NCBI GenBank assembly: GCA_038065815.1
Contig: JBBTQF010000012.1
Coordinates: forward strand, 1,663 to 65,662
Origin: Patescibacteria group bacterium
Lineage (GTDB): Bacteria; Patescibacteriota; Patescibacteriia; UBA9934; CAMTUG01
Direction of reading: 5' to 3'
Length of the DNA stretch: 64,000 bases
Shown: piece by piece, positions 1-10,260 of the stretch
Layout of the letters: each line of letters begins with the position of its first letter
Numbering within the stretch: the stretch's first letter is position 1
Position numbers and translations under genes: made by a program
The notes under the pieces: generated by a model
The model's database searches: none
Seen by the model: only the letters and a program-made list of their open reading frames with translations
What the model was told of the DNA's origin: nothing

Positions 1-117
1 TTCCTCGACAACTTCCAACGGTGGCTCTGGCCGTCTCACGAATAACAAAATCAGAATAATCGCAATCAGGATCAAAAGACCGGCGGTAAATACTTTCGCG
101 CGATTGGAAATCGTCAT
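1..117 (-). CDS. N-terminal part of a membrane-anchored hypothetical protein (runs off window edge)
   Basis: ATG at 117, 2 bp after the VirB4 stop; translates MTISNRAKVFTAGLLILIAIILILLFVRRPEPP (one TM helix). Confidence 0.6.
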   Translation of the reverse strand, partial: MTISNRAKVFTAGLLILIAIILILLFVRRPEPPLEVVEE

Positions 118-119
118 AC

Positions 120-2042
120 TTAAGATTCCTCTTTTTTAGAAAGTTCGAGATCTTTCTCAAACTCTTTTTTCGCCGCCTCAATCTCAAGGAGTTGTCGCGG
201 ATCCGTCGTGATAATTTGATCTTCCGCGTAGGAAGCAACAACTTTGATTGCCGCATGATTACGCCCTGCAAAAAAAACGCCCTCGCCAACGTCCGAGCTC
301 AACAACAAATACTTTTCTCCATCTGTAAGATTAAACGTCTTTTGTACGAGATCAATTGACGCAGTAGATTGCTTGAGCAAAAGCAAAAGTTGTGAGTTTG
401 TCACAATCGCCTGTCCATACTGCGAAAGCAAAAAGTCATTGACATCCTGCGTAATCGTGGTGATGCCGAGATAGTATTTGCGACAACGCTTCACGAGCGC
501 AAAAATAAATTTTGCCGAATCGTCATGTTGCATGAGCCACCAAGCCTCGTCAATAATGAGAATACGCTTTTTGCGTTCCGAACGGATGATGTTCCAGATG
601 TAGCTGATGATCGCATAAATCGCCATTGGACGCAGTTCGTCCTCCAAATCGCGCACCGAGAACACGACCAGTTGATTCTTTGTTTCCACCGTCGTCGCCG
701 AATTGAGAAACCCTGAAAATGTCCCTTCGGTGTACTTCATCAGGCGTGCCACGAGCTGTTCGGCCCCTTCCATCCCCTCAAGAACATCTTGCAAATCCTG
801 CAACACCGGCGCCTCAATGCCAGTGAGGTCGCGTGTGTCGGCGGTGATATCATTCTTGGCGTACGTTTCCAAAAGCGCGCGATCGAGAATCGAATCCTCT
901 TCCGGTGTAAATCCAAGTTTGGATTTTTCTCCCATTGGAACTCCAATCATGATCCGCAAGAGCCCCTTGACTGTAATGACGGCATTGCGAATCGTGTCCT
1001 CAATGCTTTCGTCCTGAAGAATCTTATGCGGGAGTTCAAACGGATTAACTTTAGATTCCGACGCGAGGGAAATGTTGACATACGCACCGCCAACCGCGTC
1101 CGACAAATGTTTGTACTCCATTTCAGGATCAATAATCAGCACCTCCGTTCCCATCATGAGCGAACGCAGTACCTCGAGTTTTACGGCATAACTTTTTCCA
1201 GCTCCGGAAGTGGCAAAACAACAGGCGTTGGCGTTTGGCAGAGAAAAACGATCAAACAGAATGAGAGAATTGTTATGGCGATTAATGCCGTACAAAATGC
1301 CGTTGTCGCTCGTAAGATCGGCCGAGATAAATGGGAACGAGCTCGCGATCGGCGAGGTGTTCATGTTAAACGTGATCATCAGCTCATCATTACCAAGTGG
1401 GAGCGTGGAATTGAAGCCTTGCTCGGCCTGATAATATCCGCGCTTGGAATGAATCAGCTTACTGCCAAAAATAGACTCGACCTCGCTTGAAATCTGATCG
1501 AGCTCATCTTTTGACTTCGCATACAAAGTCACGTAAAAGGCGAACTGGAAAAAATGCTCAATACCTTGAGTGAGATTGTCGCGCAGTTGCTCGATGTCCT
1601 TAAGCGCGGTCTCCCGAATTGGATCGCGCGCGGCACCCTTTTCTGCATCTCCCATAATCGTCGCCTCAAGTATACCAACTTTCTTTTTGAGCTGTTTCAA
1701 AATAATCTCGGCCTTGACTGGATAGAAAAACATGGCAATGTCGAGTGTCGCGTTCAAATTGAGAACTGGCGCGGACCAGCCGATGCCAATATAGCGCGGA
1801 TAACTCAAAACAAACACCGTCCGTAAAAAGGCATCTCCGAGTTTAATAAAGTCCGGATTCACCGCAAACGAAGCTGGTGCGATTAAATCCTTAATCGTAA
1901 CGACGCCTTTGCGATAGACTCGCTCTTCCTCAAGCGCCACCCGCTCGGTCGCGGCACGCAACTGTTCCTCGCTAGGTGGTTTGACCACCGCCGGCTGTTT
2001 GACTTCCTTGGAAAAATCTAATTTTTGTATCTCAATCGCCAT
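120..2042 (-). CDS. VirB4/TraC-like type IV secretion ATPase (CPR type)
   Basis: Walker A ATSGAGKS, Walker B IIDEAWW, RKYYLG...ITQ motif, LIIDPEMEY; lies next to a PrgI-like gene. Confidence 0.9.
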   Translation of the reverse strand: MAIEIQKLDFSKEVKQPAVVKPPSEEQLRAATERVALEEERVYRKGVVTIKDLIAPASFAVNPDFIKLGDAFLRTVFVLSYPRYIGIGWSAPVLNLNATLDIAMFFYPVKAEIILKQLKKKVGILEATIMGDAEKGAARDPIRETALKDIEQLRDNLTQGIEHFFQFAFYVTLYAKSKDELDQISSEVESIFGSKLIHSKRGYYQAEQGFNSTLPLGNDELMITFNMNTSPIASSFPFISADLTSDNGILYGINRHNNSLILFDRFSLPNANACCFATSGAGKSYAVKLEVLRSLMMGTEVLIIDPEMEYKHLSDAVGGAYVNISLASESKVNPFELPHKILQDESIEDTIRNAVITVKGLLRIMIGVPMGEKSKLGFTPEEDSILDRALLETYAKNDITADTRDLTGIEAPVLQDLQDVLEGMEGAEQLVARLMKYTEGTFSGFLNSATTVETKNQLVVFSVRDLEDELRPMAIYAIISYIWNIIRSERKKRILIIDEAWWLMQHDDSAKFIFALVKRCRKYYLGITTITQDVNDFLLSQYGQAIVTNSQLLLLLKQSTASIDLVQKTFNLTDGEKYLLLSSDVGEGVFFAGRNHAAIKVVASYAEDQIITTDPRQLLEIEAAKKEFEKDLELSKKEES

Positions 2043-2050
2043 AAGGTAAA

Positions 2051-2764
2051 TTAGGATGATCCGTAATCGGTAATAATGGTCCCCATATCCTCCACCTGAA
2101 GTTTATTCAAATCGCCTGCGCTTTGCACTTCGGCAACCTCTGGGTTATATACACGGTAGTACATCTCGATCAGGCCTTGAGTATCGAGCCGTTCCGTGTT
2201 GAGACTCATGCTCTCCATCTGACCGCGAATATATTCAACACGCTTTGAGAGTTCGCGCTTGCGTTCCTCATATTGCTTGCCTTTGAGCTTCAGCGTTGAA
2301 ATCGGCGTCAAGGCACTTGTGAGGCGATAGATGAAATTGCGCGTTTTGTTCGTCAACGGATCATACGGGATCACCACGAAAAATCGTTTTGACATAATCT
2401 GCCCGAGCTCCACCAACTGCTTTACAAATGCGACATAATCCTGAATCTGTGCGCGCAGGAGTTCATTTTTTTGAATGCGATATTGTTCCTGCAACGCCCC
2501 GATGTAGGCATCAATGTTCATTTTGCGCGATTGAATCACAACTTGCAATGGATGATCGAGGCCGTTCAAAAACTGCATATACGCCTGAACGAGCGCCTGC
2601 TGTTCATCCTCGGACTTAAGCGCGAAATTGATGCTACCGACCATCAAAACTGCGCGTACCGTGCCATCTTTCAAAATCACCATACCCTCGCGGATTTCGG
2701 CAATATCAAGATAGCGCTGTGTCGCTGGCCCTGGTTTTGGTTTGGCAAGTTTTTTCGACTGCAT
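2051..2764 (-). CDS. Conserved CPR VirB4-associated protein (TraC N-terminal-like)
   Basis: TQRYLDIAEIREG...SINFALKSEDEQ...KRFFVVIPY is typical of the gene between prgI and virB4 in CPR. Confidence 0.7.
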   Translation of the reverse strand: MQSKKLAKPKPGPATQRYLDIAEIREGMVILKDGTVRAVLMVGSINFALKSEDEQQALVQAYMQFLNGLDHPLQVVIQSRKMNIDAYIGALQEQYRIQKNELLRAQIQDYVAFVKQLVELGQIMSKRFFVVIPYDPLTNKTRNFIYRLTSALTPISTLKLKGKQYEERKRELSKRVEYIRGQMESMSLNTERLDTQGLIEMYYRVYNPEVAEVQSAGDLNKLQVEDMGTIITDYGSS

Positions 2765-2770
2765 AAGTTG

Positions 2771-3202
2771 CTACTCTTCTGGTTGATACACTCCTCCAGT
2801 ATTCACAATCAGCGATAATTCCTGCAACCGACTGCTTGTCACCGGTTCTCTTGTCGCAACAACCGCGACAGGAGCAACAGCATCGCCTTTCAAGTATGGC
2901 TTAAGCTCCGCGTCTGTAAGCTTTTTGTCCCACACCCGAAGTAATGGTTTGCGAAAAGTCTGAATCATATTTAACACGAAAAAGTGAAACGGCTGGCCGT
3001 TGATACGAATGAAGGCAAATGTGACGCCAATCAGAAAAATTGGCACACCGAACAAGAGAAACTTCCAAAAGGTGAGCAATGAGTACAGAAGCGTATCCGT
3101 CAATCCCATCGCCAGCACAATAAGAAATTGTCGCACCGAAAGTGGTCCGAGAATCTTGTCCTCGATATCAATAAATTGCGGAACCGTGAATTGCTGTACC
3201 AT
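2771..3202 (-). CDS. PrgI family membrane protein
   Basis: QFTVPQFIDIEDKILGPLSVRQF signature followed by two TM helices. Confidence 0.85.
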   Translation of the reverse strand: MVQQFTVPQFIDIEDKILGPLSVRQFLIVLAMGLTDTLLYSLLTFWKFLLFGVPIFLIGVTFAFIRINGQPFHFFVLNMIQTFRKPLLRVWDKKLTDAELKPYLKGDAVAPVAVVATREPVTSSRLQELSLIVNTGGVYQPEE

Positions 3203-3225
3203 GAAGAAAATGTCTATCTATTATA

Positions 3226-4668
3226 TCAGAAATGGAGTCCGGCGTTGAGTTGTATAATCGCCTTGACTTCCTCGACTCCAAGCGCTTCCTTACCTTGATC
3301 CTTCCATAAACGCCCGACCTCCGCAACGGGTTTACCTGTTTTAAGCGCCTCCTGCGAGAGCGAAACGTAAAGTTGATTCAATGGCGAAGCTTTCCATGCG
3401 CGTAGGCCAGCGACCTTTTTTTCATAAGTTTCATTGCCAAGTAGATCAATTTTGTCGCGAATCTTCATTATTGCTTCTTGCGGATCGCTCGCGAGTCGTC
3501 GAAAATCCAGTACCGTCATGCGTTCAAGCTCCTCAACAGGCCCTACAAGCTTGGACGTGTACTTAACGTCCGCCATCTGTGGCCTTGTCCCGACGGCTGT
3601 TGTCAGACTCGCGCTTGAGAGACGTGGTACAACTGGCTGAACATCTAATGGAAGCTTTCCTGTAAGCGCCGTGTAGCGCTTCCCAAGTTCTTCCTCTTCT
3701 TTAGCGGGACGCGACGCCACTTCCATCTCGCGTTTACGTTTCTCTTCAAGATAAAGTCGCTTTTGCTCTACCGCATTTTTCTCAAGCTCAACTTTTTGCG
3801 CGGTGTAGAGTTTCTCAACCTGCAGAGCCACTCGTTCGAGTTCATCGCCAGTCAGCCCAAGTCCTCCAGTGAGCACACTCTGCCCCAGCAGAGTCTTCGT
3901 CTGCGTCGCGTTGCGCAAATCCTTAAGACGAGATTGCGTGATGGTCTGAAGGCGTTTTTCCAAATCTGCAGATTTATTCGTCATCTCTATCAAAGATTTC
4001 TCCTTAACCTTTGTCACGTTTGTCTCATTTTTAACCTCTGTCTCTTTCTTCTTTGTCATCTCCTCCATTATCCCAACCGCCCCAGTCTCGATATCAAACG
4101 ACTTGCGACGCTTATCCAAAATCTCGATTAACTGGTGCGCCTGTGCCTCATCAAGCTCAAGCCCTCCAACTTTCACAGCTCGCCCAAGCGCTGAAATAGT
4201 CTGCACAGCACTGCGCCCACCGCCAACATAAGTCGTCAGCAAAAACTCCAAACGATTTTGCAAAGTCGCATCCGACAAATTTAACTTGGCTTCCTTAAGG
4301 GAGTCTTTGACAAACTGATCTGGAGTGAGTTCTTCTTTCTCAACATGCTTAATCTCTTTGGTCTCTGGGTCTCCGCCGAGCCGTTTGAGCTCCTCGCCAA
4401 CGCCGGGTAAATACGCGTCAAGCGGTAGGAGTCTCTGGGTGATGAGCTCACGAGCAAGATCATCCTTGCCAACTTTTGCCGCAAGCTCTGTAAGTTTCAG
4501 CGTACCGAGTAGCACATCTTCCGCAAGTAAAATCAAATCAAACGACTGATCATCATTCAAACCAAATTTTTTCAGCGCCTCAAGCGCTTCCTGCTCCTTA
4601 TCCGAATCAAACAAAAAATCTTGAACAGCTTGAGGAAGTTTTTGGTAATGTGAAAGACGATCCGTCAT
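3226..4668 (-). CDS. Conserved hypothetical protein of the CPR VirB4 cluster
   Basis: 480-aa ORF co-oriented and tightly packed; repeated GGL(E/G)L motif and C-terminal GPVEEL...DFRRL domain. Confidence 0.65.
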   Translation of the reverse strand: MTDRLSHYQKLPQAVQDFLFDSDKEQEALEALKKFGLNDDQSFDLILLAEDVLLGTLKLTELAAKVGKDDLARELITQRLLPLDAYLPGVGEELKRLGGDPETKEIKHVEKEELTPDQFVKDSLKEAKLNLSDATLQNRLEFLLTTYVGGGRSAVQTISALGRAVKVGGLELDEAQAHQLIEILDKRRKSFDIETGAVGIMEEMTKKKETEVKNETNVTKVKEKSLIEMTNKSADLEKRLQTITQSRLKDLRNATQTKTLLGQSVLTGGLGLTGDELERVALQVEKLYTAQKVELEKNAVEQKRLYLEEKRKREMEVASRPAKEEEELGKRYTALTGKLPLDVQPVVPRLSSASLTTAVGTRPQMADVKYTSKLVGPVEELERMTVLDFRRLASDPQEAIMKIRDKIDLLGNETYEKKVAGLRAWKASPLNQLYVSLSQEALKTGKPVAEVGRLWKDQGKEALGVEEVKAIIQLNAGLHF

Positions 4669-4674
4669 AATAAA

Positions 4675-7518
4675 CTAACGACCAAAGCGCTTCTTGGCGT
4701 GTTCCGCGGCGGCGATTTTTCGAATCATGCTTGCGTCATCTTTGAGCGCTTGATAGTTATTCTTAAGAGCAAGAGTCACTTTATCAAGCGTATTGATGAG
4801 ATTAATTTGCTCCGAAGATTGCGATGGTGCGCGACGGATCTTATCTGCGATTCCTGTAATCTTGGTATCGGAGATCGCCTGTGCCACCGCCTTGCCAATC
4901 GCTCCGGCGGCGTCAGCACCGTCTATCTTGAGAATCATTTCCGGATTCTCCGAAATCATACTCTTAAAGCCAGCCTCGGCTGTCTCATCTGTAAAACGCC
5001 CTGCAGTTGAATCAAAATTAATCGCACGCGGAATGGCTGAACCCATCACCAGACGAGTCTTCATTGTTTCAGCAATTTGACGTGCGACTTGCTTTTCCAT
5101 GGCTTGTTTTTGCAAACCATATTCTGTCGATGTTTCTTTTCCGTCTTCATGTTTCGTCGTGGGTTGTTCAAAAGTCCGACCTTCTTCATCCACAAGATTA
5201 TTATCAACAAAAGTTTTAATACTTTTTCTTGCAAGATCATCGCGCTTATCCAATCTCTCATTCACCGCGCTGGTTAGCGCTGGGTTAGTCGTGGCAAGCG
5301 TGGTAAAACCTTTATTTACTGACGGATCAGTAAATTTGCTGAAAAACTCCTTGTTGCCAAGCATTTCAGGCGCAACGATATTTGATTTCAAATCATTAGC
5401 GCTCAACTTGCTAATTGATTCCGTAAGCCGATCAGTTGCTTCTGCAAGTCGCTGTTGTGCCTGCTCATGATCTAAACCAAGTCCAGCCTCTCCTCCTTCA
5501 ACACGAGTTCTAATTTTAGCTTCCTGCTGTTGAGCTGTTACAACAGATTTATGAGCACTCTGCATATCAGTCTGTCTCTTTTTTATATCTGCTTTTTCAT
5601 TCTCATTCCACAGATCAGACGTCTTCTGACCAGCCTTTCCCGCAAGGATATACTCTTCTCCAGTCCTACCTTCACGAGTCTTCTCATTACGCAGTGACTT
5701 GCGCACTCGAGGATCTGAAAGAGCTTTCTCATCTTCACCCCATGCCCGCATCTTACCTGGCGAAGCCAAAATCGTACGGACACGGTTATCAATCTCTGTC
5801 TGCTGGCGTCCTTCATACTGCTTTTCCGTTTCTCCGGGTTTTCTCTCTTTGGCATAGACAGCCGCCAGAGAAGGCGCCGCGTCAACCGCCCGACTAAATT
5901 TATCTTTGGTGGCATCGTCAAAATCGCCAACCATACCGCTATCGCGAATCTTTCCAGTAAGGTCTGTAAGTTCTTCTGGTTTAAGGGCAACACGCTTTTT
6001 CTCATCCATGACAAGTTTCAACTGAGCCGCCTGTATACGATTCTTTTCCCCATACGGCGTAAGTTTATTGATTTTAGTCCCAGCCAACCCCTTCAACTCT
6101 TCAGTCCCAAGTCCGGTCAAGCCCTTCAGAGCTTCCGCGCGGGACTCCTCTTTCTTGGCCTCCACAGCAGAAACCTGACTTAATCCAAGATCACGCACAG
6201 CACGCCCAGCGATGCCTAAACCGGGAACTTTCGCGACACCAGCCCCAACCTTACCCATAAAGCTACCAACCCCTGCTCGTGCTTTCAGAAAAGGAGCCAT
6301 ACCATAAGCTCGCGCTCCAGCTCGTCCAACTGCTAGACCGGCGCCTGCCGGAACGCCGATACCGATACGGGCAATCTGTCTGGAGAGACCTGGGATGCCG
6401 GCGATACCAGAAGTCATAAACTTGCCTGCACTACCACCGATCGAGCTTGCTGTCTGTTGGGAGATTTCGATTCCTGCAAAAATAAGTGCCAACGAGATTA
6501 TCAGACCCGTGAAGTGTGGCAGATCAAAAATTTTTGTAATAATGCCAACAGACTCACTCTCGCCAGCAGTGCCAAGATCAGTTTCAAAACCCTGCGTCTC
6601 TGCAAGCCCACCTGCTCCGGCGGTAGCCAACGCCAGCCACAAGAAAAAAGTCATGATCGGTCCGATGCTCACAGTGCTAGTAAAACGCTTCCACCAGTCC
6701 GAGTAGTATCCTTCTGCCGGCCCAATGACTCCCTTGGCGCCGCCAAGAAAAAATGCCAGAGGCGACAAAATGATGAGTATCCACAACATGACAATACGGA
6801 AAGCAAAAAGCATGGCCATGGTAAGCACGGTACCGAGTACGATAAACGAAATAACAAGACTCAAAAATGCCGCCCCAAGCAAATCCCACACACCATAACC
6901 GTTCTCTTTTTCAATTCCACGCATCGCCGCGTCCTCGCTAAACGTATACATTTTGTCGAGCCCGAACATGGAGATAAAATTTCCTCCAGCAATATCTTTG
7001 ATTGCGTTCACAAACGTAATCATGAACACTTGTCCGAAATCAATAATGAGACCGGCAATAGTGCGTGAAAAGTTGATGACGACGGCCATCAAAAGCAAAC
7101 GCGGAATTTGTTTCTTCCAATCTGCCCGACCAACGCCGAAAATCGTCTGAAAGGCGATGATGAGCAGTATGATGATAAAAAACATGTTCACAACGTCACG
7201 CACGATTGCCCAACCAAGTCCGACGATCTGCGAGGTTGTGAACTTGTCATAGCGCAAAATCGGTATGATGAGCACCTCAATCACTGCCACCACGACTTTG
7301 ACAACTTGTTGAGAAATCCACGCAAGAATTTGAGCCAGCGTAATGCCAACGCTTTCTGCGATGCTTACATCTGTTTTCTCACCGCCATCTTGGGCAAAGA
7401 CTCCTTGTACAAACAGCACGATAGCAAAAACGCAAAACATTCCGACGATCTGATATTTATGATCTCGGAGCCAATGCGTTGCAAAACGCAGACGATGTTG
7501 CAGCGTGTGCATATGCAC
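4675..7518 (-). CDS. VirB6/TrbL-like polytopic membrane protein with long C-terminal tail
   Basis: GWAIVRDVVNMFFI...INFS...ID motif, multiple TM helices, Gly/Ala-rich linker, charged tail. Confidence 0.75.
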   Translation of the reverse strand: MHMHTLQHRLRFATHWLRDHKYQIVGMFCVFAIVLFVQGVFAQDGGEKTDVSIAESVGITLAQILAWISQQVVKVVVAVIEVLIIPILRYDKFTTSQIVGLGWAIVRDVVNMFFIIILLIIAFQTIFGVGRADWKKQIPRLLLMAVVINFSRTIAGLIIDFGQVFMITFVNAIKDIAGGNFISMFGLDKMYTFSEDAAMRGIEKENGYGVWDLLGAAFLSLVISFIVLGTVLTMAMLFAFRIVMLWILIILSPLAFFLGGAKGVIGPAEGYYSDWWKRFTSTVSIGPIMTFFLWLALATAGAGGLAETQGFETDLGTAGESESVGIITKIFDLPHFTGLIISLALIFAGIEISQQTASSIGGSAGKFMTSGIAGIPGLSRQIARIGIGVPAGAGLAVGRAGARAYGMAPFLKARAGVGSFMGKVGAGVAKVPGLGIAGRAVRDLGLSQVSAVEAKKEESRAEALKGLTGLGTEELKGLAGTKINKLTPYGEKNRIQAAQLKLVMDEKKRVALKPEELTDLTGKIRDSGMVGDFDDATKDKFSRAVDAAPSLAAVYAKERKPGETEKQYEGRQQTEIDNRVRTILASPGKMRAWGEDEKALSDPRVRKSLRNEKTREGRTGEEYILAGKAGQKTSDLWNENEKADIKKRQTDMQSAHKSVVTAQQQEAKIRTRVEGGEAGLGLDHEQAQQRLAEATDRLTESISKLSANDLKSNIVAPEMLGNKEFFSKFTDPSVNKGFTTLATTNPALTSAVNERLDKRDDLARKSIKTFVDNNLVDEEGRTFEQPTTKHEDGKETSTEYGLQKQAMEKQVARQIAETMKTRLVMGSAIPRAINFDSTAGRFTDETAEAGFKSMISENPEMILKIDGADAAGAIGKAVAQAISDTKITGIADKIRRAPSQSSEQINLINTLDKVTLALKNNYQALKDDASMIRKIAAAEHAKKRFGR

Positions 7519-7579
7519 GCAGATTGTAACACGATTTGAGACGTTTGAACGGGCAGAGGTGGGGATAGAAACTTATAAG

Positions 7580-7608
7580 AGCGGGGCGGTCAGTGTGACC
7601 GCCCCGCG
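7580..7608 (-). terminator. Hairpin terminator of the M23 gene
   Basis: gcggggcggtca-gtg-tgaccgccccgc inverted repeat just downstream of the stop at 7614. Confidence 0.65.
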
Positions 7609-7613
7609 AAACG

Positions 7614-9380
7614 TTAAGGCACCTCGAAATATGCATCGCCACCGATGGAGCACGGATCGGTCGCCCAAACCGACGCGCTCCACGGGTCGGTATCAACCGT
7701 CACGGAAACACCGTCCACCTCAACCGTGCCACGCATGTCGATCGAGAGGCAATCGTTGTTGTATGCGGCCCAGTAGACGTCACCGCTAGAGCTCGTCTGG
7801 TACCACGCGTTGAGTTTGATCTCCTCGCCACTTTCCGCCTCTACCGACACACACATCGCGGTATCGCCGTTGTCGGCATCGTCCGCAACAGGCGAACCCC
7901 AGTAAGTGAAGGTGTTGCCGTCAAGGTAGAGGTTGCCGTCGTACATGGTGACGCCCGGCAAGTAGCAGACCTCCACGGTCGTGTCCTCGTAGGTCACAAC
8001 CTCGTCCGTCTCACTAGTATCGAGCTCTTCTTCCTCGTCGTCGGGCTCGTCCGACTCCTCCTCATCAGCACTGCCGGTATCGAATTCCTCTTCCTCGTTC
8101 TCCGCTTCTCCACCGGTATCCTCTTTCTCGTTCGGGAGTTCCTCGTCGTCATACGTATCGCCGGTATCGAGCTCGTCGGTGTCGTTGCGCTCATCGTCGT
8201 CATCGTTCTCCGCTCCGCCAATGCCAGCGACGCTACCGCCACAAGTCTCGATCATCTCCGCGTCAATGCAACCGTAGTCCGACGAACAACTACCCATCGG
8301 CAGTCCCGTGTCCGCGATCGTCCCGTCGCCAACCGTGACGATGTAGCGCGAACTGAACCCGAGCCGCAGGAAGATATCCCACGTCTCAATCGGCAGGGCC
8401 ATGCCATCGCTCACGACGTACAGGTCGGAACGGCTCGCCTCTTTCACGATGTCGCCATCGCGGAAGTACGCATTGTCCACGCGCCAGCTGACGTCACTTG
8501 TCTCGTCAATCGCCTCGCCGACGTCCATGCAGTCAAGCTCGTCAGGGGAGATGAGCACGACCTCGCTGAAATCGTAGCCGAGGTCCCAGAATACGTCCTC
8601 GCTCTCGATCCAACGGCGCTCACCGTCCTCCACGAGGTAGACGTTGTTGTCGTCCGGGGTCTTCACGAGCGTACCGTTCGGATGCCAGTTCGTGACTGGC
8701 AAAAGCGACCTGTAGGTTTCACCAGCGCCATCAAGCCCGCAGACGAAATCCTCACTTTCGAGCACGAGCTCGGACTCACCAGTACTCACGTTGTCCACGA
8801 AGTAGCCGACCTCGATCGACTCTCCGTATTCGGCCATGAGGCGTCCGTCGCCCTCGTGCAGACCGATATGCACATGGTCACCACTGCACTTGCCAGTACA
8901 ACCCTCGTAACCGAGAATCTGACCCGCCGCGACCTCAAACCCATCGCTCACGAAGATGTCGGACATGTGCGCGAGAACGACGTAGGTGCCGTCACCGAGC
9001 ACGATGTTGACGTGGTAGCCGAAGTTGAGGCTCGCTGACTCCATGTGGACGTAGGCCGTTCCGCCAATCGGCGCGTACACGATGTCGGACTCACCGTTTG
9101 GGGTGTCGAAGTCCAGATCAAGCTCCGTGCTGTCGCCAGCGTGCGAGTAGGTGTCGAAAGGCCCCTGCGTGCAGAGCGTCTTGTAACCGTCATGAAACGG
9201 CAGGTCAATGACGACTCCATCATAGCCACCCTGATCTGTGGACGAGCCGGGGTTTTCGAGCGACTCGATGAACTCTCTGTAGAGTGGATCCATCATCAAA
9301 CATCCGACCATGCCTGATGCGAAGATGAAGGTGATGATGGGAACTGCGTAGAGACGCAATTGGAACTCTTTGTGACTCAC
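7614..9380 (-). CDS. Secreted or lipoprotein M23 metallopeptidase with CPR repeat domains and acidic linker
   Basis: HxxxD-like YSHAGDSTELDLDF, LAHM, HVHIGLH; N-terminal hydrophobic helix ending GMVGC; two GTLVK...VYLVEDG-type repeats; D/E-rich linker; high GC3. Confidence 0.8.
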   Translation of the reverse strand: MSHKEFQLRLYAVPIITFIFASGMVGCLMMDPLYREFIESLENPGSSTDQGGYDGVVIDLPFHDGYKTLCTQGPFDTYSHAGDSTELDLDFDTPNGESDIVYAPIGGTAYVHMESASLNFGYHVNIVLGDGTYVVLAHMSDIFVSDGFEVAAGQILGYEGCTGKCSGDHVHIGLHEGDGRLMAEYGESIEVGYFVDNVSTGESELVLESEDFVCGLDGAGETYRSLLPVTNWHPNGTLVKTPDDNNVYLVEDGERRWIESEDVFWDLGYDFSEVVLISPDELDCMDVGEAIDETSDVSWRVDNAYFRDGDIVKEASRSDLYVVSDGMALPIETWDIFLRLGFSSRYIVTVGDGTIADTGLPMGSCSSDYGCIDAEMIETCGGSVAGIGGAENDDDDERNDTDELDTGDTYDDEELPNEKEDTGGEAENEEEEFDTGSADEEESDEPDDEEEELDTSETDEVVTYEDTTVEVCYLPGVTMYDGNLYLDGNTFTYWGSPVADDADNGDTAMCVSVEAESGEEIKLNAWYQTSSSGDVYWAAYNNDCLSIDMRGTVEVDGVSVTVDTDPWSASVWATDPCSIGGDAYFEVP

Positions 9381-9588
9381 GTTTTTCTCCGTTTGAGAGC
9401 GGAATGCCCTCCCGCGTCGCGCCAGTACTTTCGCAACGTGCGGAGAGCAGCGATCGGCTCCGAAACTCCGTTCGGATGAGGGAAAGAATCTATGAAAACC
9501 AACTCATCAGTGACGTAAGGTTAAGAGGACGATCGACTGGAGGCTCTTTTGAAGTTTCTCTGCCCGTCGACAGGACTTCATTGCATCC

Positions 9589-9617
9589 AATCTATCGCAA
9601 AAACAGTGTGATGTCAA
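9589..9617 (-). promoter_or_regulatory. sigma70-type promoter for the M23 gene (about 200-nt leader)
   Basis: TTGACA-17 bp-TAGATT on the minus strand. Confidence 0.55.
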
Positions 9618-9746
9618 TCGTTTTTTAGCTAAAATTAGCCAAGATGTTGACAACTTTTTCTGACAAACGCAAATAAAAAATCTCTTTTTAGGCTCAATAA
9701 AGCGCAAAGAACTCTGTCAGAACTCATTGACAATGTGATGGGGGTG

Positions 9747-9809
9747 ATGGGGTCAGGTCCCGCCGTCGCTGAAGCTTTGGCGGGCAGGCGGGCTACGTAC
9801 CTGATCCAT
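9747..9809. repeat. REP-like doublet (ATGGGGTCAGGT...ACCTGATCCAT) with a nested 30-bp palindromic insert (9759-9788)
   Basis: Arms match the repeats flanking the transposase at 23041/23937; the insert cccgcc...ggcgggcagg resembles the valS insert at 53049-53078. Confidence 0.7.
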
Positions 9810-9911
9810 ATTGCGCGGATCCAAGGTTCGCCTAGTCGTTCCTTGGGTAACGAATGTTTGGTGCTTATCGAAACAGGTCAAACGCACTAAAGCACTGAAC
9901 TCCTGAGGGCG

Positions 9912-10260
9912 CTATACACGAGCGCCCTCTTCTACTTTTTGGTAGACAGATGCAAAATATTTTTTTAGATTATTTTGAGTCAATACGTTCATGACTTCGT
10001 CGATCGGGAACCAGCATATTTTGTCCTCATAATGTTCCGTTCGTGTTTGCGCGTCCATTTTTGCTTCAACAAGGTACATGTTGAGTTCAACGGGCTCCTG
10101 CTTGTCATTTTTATAACTAAATAAAGGCAACACCGTTTTTATTTTTCCCTCTATCCCTGTCTCTTCCAAAAGTTCTCGCTTCATAGCTTCTTCTGTCGTT
10201 TCGCTGGATTCGATTTGCCCCTTGGGAAAACTCCAGTCGTTTTGTTGACGGTCAATGCCC
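9912..10260 (-). pseudogene. 5'-truncated NUDIX hydrolase
   Basis: Frame continues upstream of the annotated ATG as GIDRQQNDWSFPKGQIESSETTEEAMKRELLEETG (full Nudix box) and hits a TAG inside the repeat at 10261+, with no proper start. Confidence 0.75.

Noticed and set aside
9657-9722. ttctgaca...tgtcagaa as a small MITE
   Set aside because: Only an 8-bp inverted match, with no duplication or second copy.
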